This document shows positions 1 through 12,841 of a DNA stretch of 54,083 nucleotides, in pieces (position 1 is the first letter of the stretch; each line of letters starts with the position of its first letter). The position numbers were made by a program, and so were the translations under genes. The notes below the pieces were generated by a model that was given only the letters and a program-made list of their open reading frames with translations, was not told the origin of the DNA and searched no databases. The stretch is taken from positions 17,752 through 71,834 of the forward strand of contig MQRK01210159.1 in the NCBI GenBank assembly GCA_001938485.1. Reading direction: 5' to 3'. This DNA comes from Girardia tigrina. Taxonomy: Eukaryota.

Positions 1-360
1 TAATCGTCAATAGTTTGTCCTTCGTAATATTTCAAATTAATCAGTTGGCTGTACGCAGATCGTCTGGTTAATCCGAATGAATTGTCCAAGATTTGCAGTA
101 CTTCTTCATAATTGCTCTGATTCTTTTCATCCAATTCCATGTATATATTTAAAGGAACATCAGTCAACAAAAAAGGAAGATATGGGGCCGGATCCAAAAT
201 CCTCTGGATTTTCATAATCATCTTGAACTTTTTCTTCCAAATTTCAAAACTGCCGTTTCCATTAAATTTCTCCAAATGATCGAGTATAATTTTCAAATCG
301 CTTATCATTGCCCGGATAGCTTGTAACAACGAATCACAAATCTATTAAAATTTATTTTTC
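1..360 (-). mobile_element. Gypsy-type LTR retrotransposon 5' part: LTR 3' end, PBS position and gag N-terminus (runs off window start)
   Basis: Minus-strand open frame from ATG 308 to position 1: MISDLKIILDHLEKFNGNGSFEIWKKKFKMIMK...YLPFLLTDVPLNIYMELDEKNQSNYEEVLQILDNSFG (capsid-like). Upstream AATAAA...TGTTACA resembles an LTR end at 322. Confidence 0.75.
310..321 (-). promoter_or_regulatory. Putative primer-binding site AGCTATCCGGGC
   Basis: Abuts the putative LTR end ...TTACA and precedes the gag ATG. It is the exact complement of GCCCGGATAGCT, the first 12 nt of metazoan tRNA-Lys(UUU). Confidence 0.55.
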
Positions 361-2568
361 ACTAACAATACTTTCAAAATCGATATTATTCAAACAAATA
401 ATTATCTACATTTTTTCATGTTAAATATTTCATTTAAGAAATAAATTTAACATGTAATTTAATTTAACATGAAAAATTGAAACAATTTTGCAATGGAGTT
501 TGAATTAGTCATAAAAATCTTTTAATAGGATTCATTTCTAAATAAAATTCTTGTTATTTAATAATATATAATTTATGTTGATAAAAATCAACCTCACATT
601 TGAATTTATATAAATAAAATTTGGTTCTAAAGAACAGGAAAGAAATATATTCTTTAAAGTCTTGTAGTTTTTTATTTTGATTTAATCTATTGTATGTTGA
701 TTGATGGGCCCTAAAAACCAAATGATTAATTAGTTTTCATATAATTCATCTGTAAAATGGGTTAATTATCTTAAAACAATTTCTACTGACTAATGGTTAT
801 ATCAGAGATTTAATTTATGGTACAAATTCTTGTTTTTTTATCTGACTGTTTGATATATTTTCCATAATTGAAAAGATTAAAAGAAAATTAAAATTTGTGT
901 ACATTACCGTATATTAACGTATAATAGAATCTTTTCTGATTGTCCAACTTTTGACTTAGAGATATTTCTGCAATTAAGACAGTTTCTTTGAACAGAGTAC
1001 TGGTGGGACTGTACTCTCCCAATGCTTTGTACTTTTATTTATAGAATTTTTTGATCTGTTTCAAAATTTTTGCAACCATTATTATAATTTTCGCAATTAA
1101 CTTTGTAATGTGTGTAATTTACTAAAGTAATATTTGTTATTTAGTGAATTTATATATTTGTTTTAATATTCAAATGTGACAGAGCTTTTGATTGTTGATA
1201 TATTAAATTATTTAATTCACAAATTATTTTTGTCGGGGTGATCTTTATATTTTTGATATTTTTAAATTTTCGATATTTTTAAAAATCATATTTATATTTT
1301 AAATAAATCAAAAATAATATTCGATTAATTAAAAAGAAATAATTCTCTAAAATAAAAATATTTTAAATTCTTAAAAAAAAGAACAGACTCATTCTTTTAA
1401 AATTTGAAAATAATTAATTGTTATAAATAATCACTAAAATAAATATTTAAAACCAAAAGTTTTTAAACAGTTATAAGTAAAAAAATATCTTAATTAATTT
1501 TAAAAAGTTAACTCCATAAATAATTGATAAAATATAGATATATAAATATATTAAAAATTTTATAATTAAAATCNNNNNNNNNNNNNNNNNNNNNNNNNNN
1601 NNNNNNNNNNNNNNNNNNNNNNNTTAAATAATAATAAATTTAAATATTGATTAATATTTGTGTATTTTAAAAATTCGTGATTTGTATTTCAAAAATAAAA
1701 ATAATATTTTCTGTATTTCAAATTTGTGAATTGTATCTTAAAATTGTAAATTGTTTTTGCAAATTTTTCTTAAAAACAAATAAAATGTTTTATTAAAGAG
1801 AAATAATTTATAGTTTAAATTATTAATAATCACTATGTTTAAATTGATTTTTTAAAATATTTTTAAAGATCTAAATTTATGCAAAATTGAATGAAATAAC
1901 ATATTTATATATTTATCGATATTATTATATTTAGAATTTTTTAGATTTGGATTATGTAATTGAAATAGTTCCTCATAAATTTGTTTCAATAATGAAAATT
2001 GTAGTATAAATAAAGTTTGCAAAATTATGAATTCTGATTTCAATCACGAACCTAATAATTTTAAATGGATAAATGAAAGTACTAGAATCACAATTCAGTT
2101 AGACGTGCTCCTTTCAAACTGGTTGAACGATTTCTCGTTCAACTCGTTCCCGTATCGCTCTGATGCTCCTGGGTAAACACTGCACCCTCATATCGTCATT
2201 GATGCTTTGTTTCTCGTCGTTTATGAGAGAATTTTGTATTTAATTGTCACTGAGAATTTTATCTTTAGTATATTATTAGTACTGTAGAAATGGGAATTGT
2301 AAATACCGAGTTTTTGATTATCATTAGTTTTTATTTTGTCAGTGTTTTTATGATCAGTTTAACAATTACTAAGTGAATCTGTCTAATCGCCTTTCATACT
2401 TTTGAGGAGTAAATAAATCATGTATTAATTTGATAAGGGATTTACAAAAACCGAGAAAAATGTAATTTGAATTTTTTAATACATAAGTTTCTCAGCAACT
2501 ATCTATTTATTAAAAACAATTGAAATTTTCAGATATACCAAAGGAATTTTTTTACAAAAATATCACAC

Positions 2569-2603
<35 letters not shown>

Positions 2604-2639
2604 TTAATTTTTACAATATCTTTTTATTTATCTCAGTCC

Positions 2640-4383
2640 GAACATCTTCCACGGGGGTTCGATGTAGGAGGATCAACAAAATCTCATAACTCTAGAGAAG
2701 ATACATGTTTCACGCTCTTTTTTATTCTCTTGTCATCGGTTTGCAATTCGATCGCTTTCGTCATTTTATCAACTTCCTCAAAGATCTTTGTAACTCCCTC
2801 GATTTTTCATCTTCACAATTCTTTTTATCTTACAAAAGTTAAAACGATTCCCCCACTAGCAACGATCTTAAACTTCTTTGCAATTTGACCTCTTTCTCCA
2901 TTCCACCAGGATTTTTGTGTCTCCAATGTTTCCAAAAACGTTAAGTCAATTCTTACACAATTCCCTTAACCTAAGGGAACTTTCCAAGGAAGACTTACTA
3001 TTGTTCTAGTGCATTGAATCGAAGCTCTCTTACAGATGTATTTTTTCGTAAAATGTTTGTACCCCTTTCTGCCAGTCTTCTTCAAACCTTATAAAACAAT
3101 TGACTTCCTCTTTCAAGTTTTAGATGCAATAAGTCAAAAATGTTTTATCTAAGTTCGGATTTCCTGCAGTGAAAGTATACTGTTTTGATGCATAACCACC
3201 GTAATGATTTCAAGCATGCGATCGGTTCTTTTTTATTTTCTCTGACTTATTTTAAAAAAATTTCATTCAGGGTGATTTGTTCCGATAATTTTTTTTACCG
3301 ACCGTTTCGCTTCAAAACGAGGCAGTGCTACCCCTTTCAAATGAACTCAATTGGGAGCAAATTTACGCCAATTTAACATCTTAACATTTACAACTATAGT
3401 TTTTACCGCTTGCTCGCGGATTGTCTTTTTGATTTTCCCGTCTATACTATTTAACTCAAAATTGAGTTCTTTAATGATTAATAAGCGTTTAAATCATTTG
3501 ATCACACAAACATCTTTCCTATTCCATATTAACTCTTTGATCACCTTTGTCCTGATGTAAGTACTGAAATTCGGGTCGTTAAGAAGAGCATTTATCAACA
3601 AAATCTTTTTATTTTTTTATCAAAATTACTGCAACAGTCTTTAATGATACCCAGTAATTCGCAATTGTATTCTCAGTCCTGGGGCTACTGAAGACATTTA
3701 TTTATCACTTGACGTACCAGTTTTCTTTTCGAAACTCTCTCTTCGATCACAATGAAGTAACAAATGGTGATTCGTAAAACAATGACCATAACTTTTAATT
3801 AAATTACCTTCCTTCATATGATGATTTTTCTTAAGGCAGTTGAAGCGTAATTTTCCTTTTTAATTTATTCACAGCAAACTTCAATAGTCATCCTTTAAAC
3901 TCATCACATTTATTCGGTCAGTGATTGTTCTGGCTTTCAACAAATTTGTTCTAACTCTCTTTCCTCGAATCAATTTCAAGGGTATTCAAAAAACTTTGAT
4001 TTAATATCTTCCTAGCAAAAATCTATTTATCAAATTTATTTTATTTATCTTCCAACGAAAAATCCCAGATCAAAATAATTTTCTTTAATTTATTTATCAT
4101 TTGACAATAGATCTCCGACAATAGACGGCTTTGAGATCTCTGAAGTATTCATTAAAAACTTCTTTCTTAAATAGTTATCCCTTGGTTTTTATGGAGACAT
4201 AAATACTCAGCTGTTCTATCACTCAAAATTAATAGTGCGAAAAACTAAAAGAAAGTAAAGATAGAAACAAAATTAAATCAACTGTGTCAATCACAATAAT
4301 TAATCAGAAAATATTTCTAAGGTAATAAGAGGAATTTGAAATTCATAATAAAATCAGATCTCAGTTGACATCTGATTTTAACA
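2640..4383 (-). mobile_element. Heavily degenerate Gypsy-like element with a short LTR-like segment (4212-4383, TGTT...AACA)
   Basis: Broken minus-strand frames with a zinc-knuckle relic (FNCLKKNHHMKE) and an integrase-like stretch (EGVTKIFEEVDKMTKAIE). ATG at 4200, 11 nt after the LTR-like end. Confidence 0.5.
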
Positions 4384-5215
4384 TATTGCCATTTTGGCCT
4401 TGATATATTCAAAAATCCTTTACATGGAATAAATTTTTAAAAAATGTTAAAAATATAATTGATTCTGAGCCAGTATTTTGGGTGTAGCACTTTAGCTAGT
4501 TTTCCGATTGAGACAGTTTGGGTTGCAAAATAATCGGCCGATAAGGAGTAGCATTTTAATGCATGTTTCGGTGTGGTAAAACTGTGGGATCACGGTAGAA
4601 TAACAAACTATTCGGTCCGACTCGTAAATTTTCAACAGAATAATTATGTACCAATTACTGATTTACATAGCCTAGTCTTCGAAGCTTTGTGTCCGCACCT
4701 TAAACCGCATAAAGGGGTTTTAAAACGCACTAAAATTATGGAACAGAGTGGAATACTCCAAGCCTAGAAAATCAATATATTTTTTTTAATTCCTCATGAC
4801 AAAGATATAACAAAATAAACTATAACTAACAAGGAATCCAAAAGAGTATTTATGACGAAAAATAAAAAAAATGTTGTGACAAGTATAAAATATTTACAAA
4901 TAAGAATTTATTATATAAGGGAAAATTACAGTAAAAATTACACCCAAATTTTTTTTTCGTAAAATAAGACTAATTAATCATTCTGGTAGTAATTTTTAAT
5001 TGATTCATGCATTGTCATCGGTATCAAACATTTGAGAAAAAAATCAGTTCAATCGGACCACATAAAGTGGATGAAAAATCATTTAACAAATTTGTGTCAT
5101 TCGTTATAATCATCGTATATTTAATTATTTCGTTAAGAAATTTAATTTAATTTACGTTTGTTTATTCACATCAATAATTAATTTGATCATTTAAAAAGAG
5201 AAAGAGCGGTTAGAA

Positions 5216-5283
5216 ATGAGCTTGGATTACTATGAGATCTTGAATATCCAAAAGAGTGCCACAATCCAAGACATTAATAAAGC
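5216..5283 (+). CDS. DNAJB13: DnaJ subfamily B member 13 (radial spoke HSP40), exon 1 of 6
   Basis: MSLDYYEILNIQKSATIQDINKA; GT donor at 5284, phase 2, matches exon 2. Confidence 0.9.
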
Positions 5284-6199
5284 GTAATTTTACTACTCAA
5301 TAATATCGTTTCTGATGACAATTTCATCCAATATCGAATTTTCTGTTTTGTCTTTTTTAAATGTTTCTGTTTTTTTTATGATTTTTTTTGCATGACAACT
5401 CTTCTCGTTTCTTCCGCACGAAAAAGAGTGTTTTCGCCGTGAGTCTGAACTGTCCGTGCGATTTTCTATACTTAATTTTTAAAATTTGACTGATTTCGAT
5501 TTTTTTCCTTCCATCAACTAATTTTTATTTTGTACTTGTTATGAATGATTGGAGTGTTGTGTGTTGATTTGGGATTATGTCTCTTCTACTCTGATTGCTG
5601 GTTAATATTTAACCTTTTGAGCAGAAACGTACGTAGAAAATTATTTTGGGGCTTTATATTACTACGTAATTTTTGTTTTATTCGAGTTTTTTTATTCAAA
5701 GTTAAAAAAATTAAATTAATTATTATTAAAATAATAAAATTTAAAATACCATCGAAATACCACATTTAATAACTTTTATGAGAAGTATAATTACTTACAT
5801 TTATACAATGAAAACAGAAGCTTAAGTCTTCTTGAGTTCTTCGCCAAAGTGTCTTTAACTTTGTCAGTCTCTAAGAAAACACTTAATTCCTGATGAATGG
5901 TCATTATAAATAAGCCTTTCAATCTCTTCTAATGTTGTGTTTCATAAGTAATTCTGGATTCTGCGATACATAGAAAGATAATCGTTCAGTGGTGTCTGTT
6001 GTTATTTGAAAAGTTGCAAGTAACATAAATTGTGATGGAAAATTCGGAATGTTGTAAGTTTGTTGTTTGCATGCTGTTTAGATTGGTGATTCTCCTACTC
6101 AGATGGGATTGATATGTATTGATTAATTATTTAGATCTAATGAGATTAATTTAAAGAGATTAATGTTTAAATTTTAATTAATTAAAAGTTTTATAATTA

Positions 6200-6710
6200 T
6201 TAACAACACCAACATGGGTTTTCGAACTTTTATTTTCAATACAATCAGAATTGTCTTTTGGACAACTCTCAGCAAAACTCTCGTCATTCGACATCGTTCT
6301 AAATTGATAACTTTTAGTTAATGTTTTTTAATAAACAATTATTCGAATAAAATTTTCATTATTTTCATATTTTATTTTTAAAGTTTAAATTTTGTAATTT
6401 TAGTATTAATTTTATTTAAAAAAATATTTTAATGAAAGAAAGAACATTTATTTAATTCAAAACTTAGTTAAAACTATTTACTTTATTTAAATTTTTAATA
6501 TGAAAATTTGAAACGATTTAATATTTTTAAAGTTTTAAATATCTTATGTTGTACTTTAAAATGCAAATTATACTCGAATAATTATTTATCGTGAACATCT
6601 AAAATATCAATTTTCCATCTGGGTGGGAGAAACACATTTCCAAATACTAAACTCAACATACAAAATTCAACAAACCAATTTCAGCATACCAAATTTAAAA
6701 TATTCCTCAC
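6200..6710 (-). repeat. Unclassified interspersed repeat; diverged inverted copy at about 47555-48350
   Basis: MSNDESFAESCPKDNSDC (here, minus) vs MSNHESFAKNCPKDISNC (48253, plus). CATCTGGGTGGGAGAAACACATTTCCAAAT has its reverse-complement counterpart at about 47625-47655. Confidence 0.7.
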
Positions 6711-6989
6711 AATAATTATAAATTTTAATAATATTTTTAGTAAAACGATTTTAACTTATTGAATTTATTATAATTTAAAAATTAGCGTTTATTTTAAAAA
6801 TTACTTGATGCATTTCTAAGCAATAAAATTTTGAGAAATAAAGTTAATATTAATCTTGTCCCATTAATTAATTTTAAGATTTGAATATAACTACAAAAAA
6901 CATATTAATCAAGAACGATGCTTCCCGCAGAAATTGCTAGTGAAAATGTTTGTGTTGTAAATGAATGTTTACACTCAAATTGTGATGTT

Positions 6990-7466
6990 GTTAATATAAT
7001 TATTATATAAATGAAAGTTGCAAATATTCAAGCAATGGATAAAGTCCATTGAAAGACATTTTGATTAGTACAATGATGCCTCTACATTGTCACTTCACTA
7101 ATAAAGATTTGTTTAGTGCAACTAACATCACTTGACATTGTTCATTTTTGGCTCGTATAGATTTCTGAGGGTTTCGATATCTGCAGAATGTTTAATGTTC
7201 TGAGGAAGAAAAATTTATATGATCTGCAAAATTTATACTCAGTTAAAAAACTTAGAAGTAATTAAGATCATAACTAAATTTTTTCGGAGGGGGGATTTTC
7301 TAAATTGGCAAAATATTAATTATTTTGGATATTTCGCATTTTAAACTTAAACATTTAAACTTATTCTTATTAATATGTGGTGAAAAAAACTAAATGGTAA
7401 TAAAAATCGAAATTTAATTTTTTTGTGAGGGGAAGGGTCCCCCTAATCACCCCTGCATATGCGCCT
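6990..7466 (+). mobile_element. hAT-type element 3' remnant with terminal inverted repeat
   Basis: G/C-run subterminal region ending CCCCTGCATATGCGCCTA (TAGG.. terminus on the opposite strand). Confidence 0.4.
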
Positions 7467-8271
7467 ACTTCTGAATCCTTTTGGCGCCATACGGTGTGAA
7501 ATTTACCTATAGAGTGTGAAATTTAGCTATAGCTCTTTTTGCTCATTAGGGTGACCAGATAATTGCGGAAGGATTATTAAATTATATACAACATATTTTT
7601 CTTAAATGTTTATTTTTTTTGTCGATCACTCTTGATGACATATTTAACATTGTAAGTAGATATTTAAATAAAAAATTATAATAATACAAGATATATTAAT
7701 AAATATATTAATATATAATTATTAATCGACTACTTATAATTGCAAGTAGATTAATTTGTGATTATTTTAATATTTATTTATTAATTAATTTTTGATTATT
7801 TGATGTAATAAATTTGTCGAGCAAACATTTTTCTATAATCCCGCCTGAATCAATAATATAATAACTCAAACAACTGTTCAATGTTGTGGTGCTTATGAAA
7901 ATTTTTAGCGAAAATGTAATTGTCAAAAAAATAAAAAATAATAAAAATTAATGGGATCGCCGCAGATTTTTATATCGATAAAATTATTTGAAGAAATATA
8001 GTTTTTACTGACAGAAATTCTCTGATTTAAATTTTAAAAAAATAAATTAAAAAATCACAAATTTCAAAAAATAAATATTTTAAGTAAGAAAAATAAAAAT
8101 TTTTGAAATTAAAAAATCAATATAATTAATTAAATGTAAAAAAACTATATAATTAATATTTTAAAGTACATGTATAAATAGTTTCGAATATTTTGTCAAC
8201 ATTTTGCTCGTGATAAAATTGTTTTTGATTAATAATCGTGGAATTAATGCCTTTTATCGAAGAGTTCAGTA

Positions 8272-8848
8272 TCTATATTATAAAAGCCCAAGTCACTCAC
8301 TGCCTGCTTCACTAACGCTCATATTATCTACTTACAATTGTAAGTAGATATTTATATTAATAATAATTCATATGGAAAATTATTATNNNNNNNNNNNNNN
8401 NNNNNNNNNNNNNNNNNNNNNNNNNNNNNNNNNNNNNNNNNNNNNNNNNNNNNNNNNNNNNNNNNNNNNNNNNNNNNNNNNNNNNNNNNNNNNNNNNNNN
8501 NNNNNNNNNNNNNNNNNNNNNNNNNNNNNNNNNNNNNNNNNNNNNNNNNNNNNNNNNNNNNNNNNNNNNNNNNNNNNNNNNNNNNNNNNNNNNNNNNNNN
8601 NNNNNNNNNNNNNNNNNNNNNNNNNNNNNNNNNNNNNNNNNNNNNNNNNNNNNNNNNNNNNNNNNNNNNNNNNNNNNNNNNNNNNNNNNNNNNNNNNNNN
8701 NNNNNNNNNNNNNNNNNNNNNNNNNNNNNNNNNNNNNNNNAGCATTAGTGAGGCAGTGAGGCAGGCAGTGAGTGACTTGGGCTTTTATAATATAAAAAAA
8801 ATTGAACCCCCGGCAAGAGAGGGCCGCGAAGCGGGCCGAGCGCGCTAG
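8272..8848 (+). mobile_element. Non-autonomous Helitron (contains an assembly gap)
   Basis: 5' A|TC start, 3' GC hairpin GGCCGCGAAGCGGGCC then CTAG|T, no TSD. The 5' about 45 nt is repeated in inverted orientation at about 8741-8794. Confidence 0.85.
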
Positions 8849-8859
8849 TTATTTTATAT

Positions 8860-9990
8860 TTGGCATTTTTTAAAATAACTTTTACCGATTCCGCACCGGT
8901 ATCGATTCCGAAGATGTTCATGACAAAAAATGGCAACCTTTTTTTTAATTCAAAATCGAGCCAAACAAATTTTTATTTCACTAAAACAAAGTTCGATTTT
9001 TTCACAATAAAAGTAAAACAAACAGTTATTTTTTTGGTAACATTCGATCGATTTAATTCGATCGTTGACGTCATTATCAAAAAAAAGAATAATAAAAAAA
9101 TCAGCCAATCACAACAGCCACAACTCTGAGGCTCCCAATGTCGTCTATGAAATATTCTGGAGCATATTTTACGACAAATCGATCGAGTTTTGCCAATCTG
9201 GTTTTTCCGTTCATTGACGCCGTAAACGACAACAAATAACGCCGTCGAATCGGAAATATCATCGTGGAAATTACCGAGTGGTCTTCAACGGTATTCCGAT
9301 CGATAATTATTCCGATAATCGACTTGACGAAAGAACCAATCATAAATTATCGATCTACAATTAAAAAAAACGATCTTTCCCAACACGACCAATCGATAAA
9401 CAATTCAAATTATCGCATTTATTCGAGAGAATATTTGCACCGGGACAAAAGAAGATTCAGAGATGATTATCGAAACACAAGACGCGTTTGACGATGAATA
9501 AAACACCGAGTTTTTAATTGCCGCTTTTATTCTATCGACCGTCGAGTTCGATTTATCGTTTTTCAACGTTGTCGTCGCTCAGTGTTGTAAATGAAAGAAT
9601 ATTCGATTGTTTTAATGCGCAATTTTCGAAATCAAAACACGAATAAATCGAACGGTGTTGATCGAATCAGTTTTATTGGATGAATAGAGAACGTTGAACA
9701 GAACGCTTGTCGTAACGGATTTGAATTTGGAAATAATCGGTTGTAAATCGACGCTGTTTTTGTGCCGTTTTTTTGATAATCTTTTCGAATTTGCGAGAGC
9801 AAAAGGATCGAATTGCGAATCCGATAGGATTTAATAGAATATTGGTTGACGTCGTTATATAATTTCGTCAATTCGTTCGTTTCACTCTGGATTTCTAATA
9901 GTAAATTGGCGCGTTGTTTTTTTAAATTATTTAGATTAAAATTTATCGCGAAACATTCATTGATTAAATTATCTGCCAATATCCTCAGAT
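8860..9990. other. CpG-rich gene-like relic of unknown identity
   Basis: Abrupt CpG enrichment, interrupted ORFs on both strands, TGACGTCA (9066) and AGCCAATCA (9103) upstream of ATG 9138. Confidence 0.35.
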
Positions 9991-10066
9991 ACTTAAGTTT
10001 CTCCCCCCAATTTTGGATTCATTAATTTTAATCTGCAAGGGTTTATGGTTAAGGTTAAGATTAGAG

Positions 10067-11425
10067 CAGTGGCGTCGAACTTGGGGGGGGGGCGAAGGGG
10101 CTACTGCCCCTCCAATATTAATGTTAGGGTGAGAGAGTATCTTTTCGCTCCCCTAATAATTTGCATAACCTTTTCGAATTATCATTCATTTTACCATTTT
10201 AAATATAGGCTTTTCCCATTAGTACATCATATTAGGTACTGTTTTGTAATTTAGTTAAGTCCGTAACATTTGCAAATTAAATAAAAAGAGCGAACGAATT
10301 ATTGATGGAAATTAACAATTTGATTTATAAATAAATTGTGCAATTTGATTTATAAAAAAATAAACAGAAGGATTATTAATAAAAACTGTAATTGTATATA
10401 TATAGAAAATTGTGATTTTAAAGGAAAAGGTTTTGTGAAATTATTATTATTATATGTAAAACTGTATTTTATTAAAAATTATTATTATGTAAATCGAAAT
10501 TTGCTGTTTTGTTTGAACGTTTTAATTTGGCTTTGTTGATGTTGTAAAAAATTTAAAAAGTTGTGACTTTGGTTAAAAAAAATACATTTTGTGTAATTTA
10601 AGAGAGTTCATCAATTTCTGTTCTTTTGATTTATAACTATAATCTATTATGATGCAAATTAGTGATTTTCAAAACTACCCCGATATCGTCATACATTTTG
10701 AATTTACTTTAATTTATGTTTTAGAGTATGCGCCGAATTTACACTTTCTTCAAGAGTGCTACAACCGGTCTTTCAACTGCCATCCAACCCCAACCACAGG
10801 GGACACCCACGACGGCAACGAGGTGATTTCGAGTTGTTTTTCAAGTCAGTCAACTGAGCAGTTGGAAATTGTTGCAGAATATCCTTTGAAAAAGACAAAA
10901 GACGATCCACCTATTCTACGCAGAGAACCTAATCAGCCAAGTACTGCTACTTTCCCTGTCTCGGAGGACAAACGGCGATTTCTTCATGCTTGGTATAAAC
11001 TCTTTACATGGCTGGAATGGGATGAAGAAGTTGAAGCTGCCTTCTGCCACCCATGCAGACAACTGCACCAACAAGGAATCAGCAGTTATGTCAAAAGCGA
11101 GGCAGCATTTACTACTATGGGCTTCACAAATTGGAAGAAGTCAACCCAGTGTTTCGGGGATCATGCGAGGAGTTTTTCGCACTGTCAATCTGCCTATAAG
11201 TTCTCGAATCTCTTGAAGGGTAGCAATGTTCTCAACCAATTGAATTTTCAAAATGAAGCTGACAGAAAGAGGGCCACAGAAGGCTTAACGAAGGAGTTTT
11301 CCTCACTTCTGTTTCTTGCACGTCAAGGCCTCGCTATTTGTGAACATGAAGATGTGAACAGCAATTTAAAGCAGTTATTAAAGCTCCGATGCGGCAACTT
11401 AAGTGATTTTTCTCTGGTTGAATAG
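10067..11425 (+). mobile_element. hAT element 5' part (TTF-type zinc finger / ZMYM1-like transposase N-terminus), truncated
   Basis: CAGTGGCGT terminus; ORF motifs RRFLHAWYKLFTWLEW...AFCHPCR...FTTMGFTNWKK...H...H and LLFLARQGLA. Confidence 0.85.
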
Positions 11426-11433
11426 AAAGGACA

Positions 11434-11500
11434 TTAGGGTTAGATTTAGGGTTGGGGTTAGGGTTGAGGTTAGGGTCAGGATAGAAGTTTAGGTTACGGT
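11434..11500 (+). repeat. Degenerate TTAGGG-like array; its other part lies at 10039-10066, before the hAT
   Basis: ttagggttagatttagggttggggttagggttgaggttaggg. Confidence 0.7.
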
Positions 11501-12213
11501 TTATTTCATGATACTAAATAATCAATTTTATAAGTTATACATTTTATGTCCACAATTGTCTTTACACAATTGTCATGTACGCAATTATCTTAAAATCTTA
11601 ATATATCTTAATATCTAAAATTTTGGAGATATTTTTCATGGAATAAAAGAGCTTGACAAAAATCCACAAATTTGAAGCCATTCAGACTGAGAGATAGACA
11701 TTTTCCAGGGAAAATAAAAATACTGACTTCAGAGAGTTGGATTTAGAGAAGATGTGTTGTATGTTCCACAAAGAATAAACGAACCGTGACTGAATATATA
11801 TGCAAAGATTGTGACTCCCAATGGTGTATTGATAATTGTTTTCAAATTTATCACACTCACTTGAATTATTAATAATATATTTTTTATTTTTTTCTGTAAT
11901 ATAACTATGATTTTTCCAAAATTCCATAATTTTAGAAAAAAATATTTTTCATTTTTTTATAATTACTATTTTTTACTTTTAATACATATCAAATGACCAA
12001 TGTTAAATAAACATATTTGAGCAAAAATATTAGGTTGAGCTAAAAATATGAAGTTAGATTGATTGGACAGATTAACCTGATGATGATATTGTTATTTTGA
12101 AGCCCATAAGGACTAATCATCTCTAGAACTCCAACATAAATTCACAAATTATAATAAATTATCAAGTAGGCTGTTGTTTGAATAAATCAAAATAAAATTC
12201 ATTTTAGTATTCA

Positions 12214-12810
12214 TTTTTACCACGTTTTACTTAACTTGCTTTGGGTTCTGTCTGTCTTTCTGTTTGTTTGTGATGTTTCACTTTTCACACGCTTTTTTTA
12301 GACCACTTCCACTTATCCGATCGTTCTGAAATTTTTTATGTAGGCTTCTTCTGCCTGACATTCTGAGATTTTAGCATCTCTGCGTCTCAAAAATGCTCTA
12401 ATAAATTCAAATTAATTAATTTTATATAGACTAAATTAAAATATAAAATTTATAAATTATAAAATTAAATCTTGGTATACTACTTATAATAATAAGTAGT
12501 ATAATAATACTACTAAAAAATAAGAAAATAATAANNNNNNNNNNNNNNNNNNNNNNNNNNNNNNNNNNNNNNNNNNNNNNNNNNNNNNNNNNAGACATGT
12601 GAGAAATTTTATACCTAACCAAAAACGTGGGGCATAGAAATTATCGATTGTTACTAAAAAGCAGTAAAGAGGAAATAGCAGTTACTAATAGCAGTAATTC
12701 AGAAATCCGCCGAACGTTTTTGGTTAGGTATAAAATTTCTCACATGTATAGAAAAAAATTATTTTCTTCTTTTTAGTCCATATGAAAACGTGGTTTTTAA
12801 AACTTTTTTA
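12214..12810 (+). mobile_element. Helentron-associated (DINE-1/HINE-like) non-autonomous element, copy 1
   Basis: T-run start ACCACGTTTT, CTGT microsatellite, CCGATCGTTCTGAAATTT core, inverted AAAACGTGG near the end. Near-identical inverted copy at about 49845-50437. Confidence 0.65.
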
Positions 12811-12841
12811 TTTATTATTATTAAATTTCATTTTTCATGAA

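Noticed and set aside
5150-5170. Forkhead (FoxJ1)-like TGTTTAT upstream of DNAJB13
   Set aside because: Too frequent by chance in AT-rich DNA; no X-box seen.
8372-8848. ORFs spanning N runs (also 12431-12622 and 26835-27205)
   Set aside because: Artefacts of assembly gaps.
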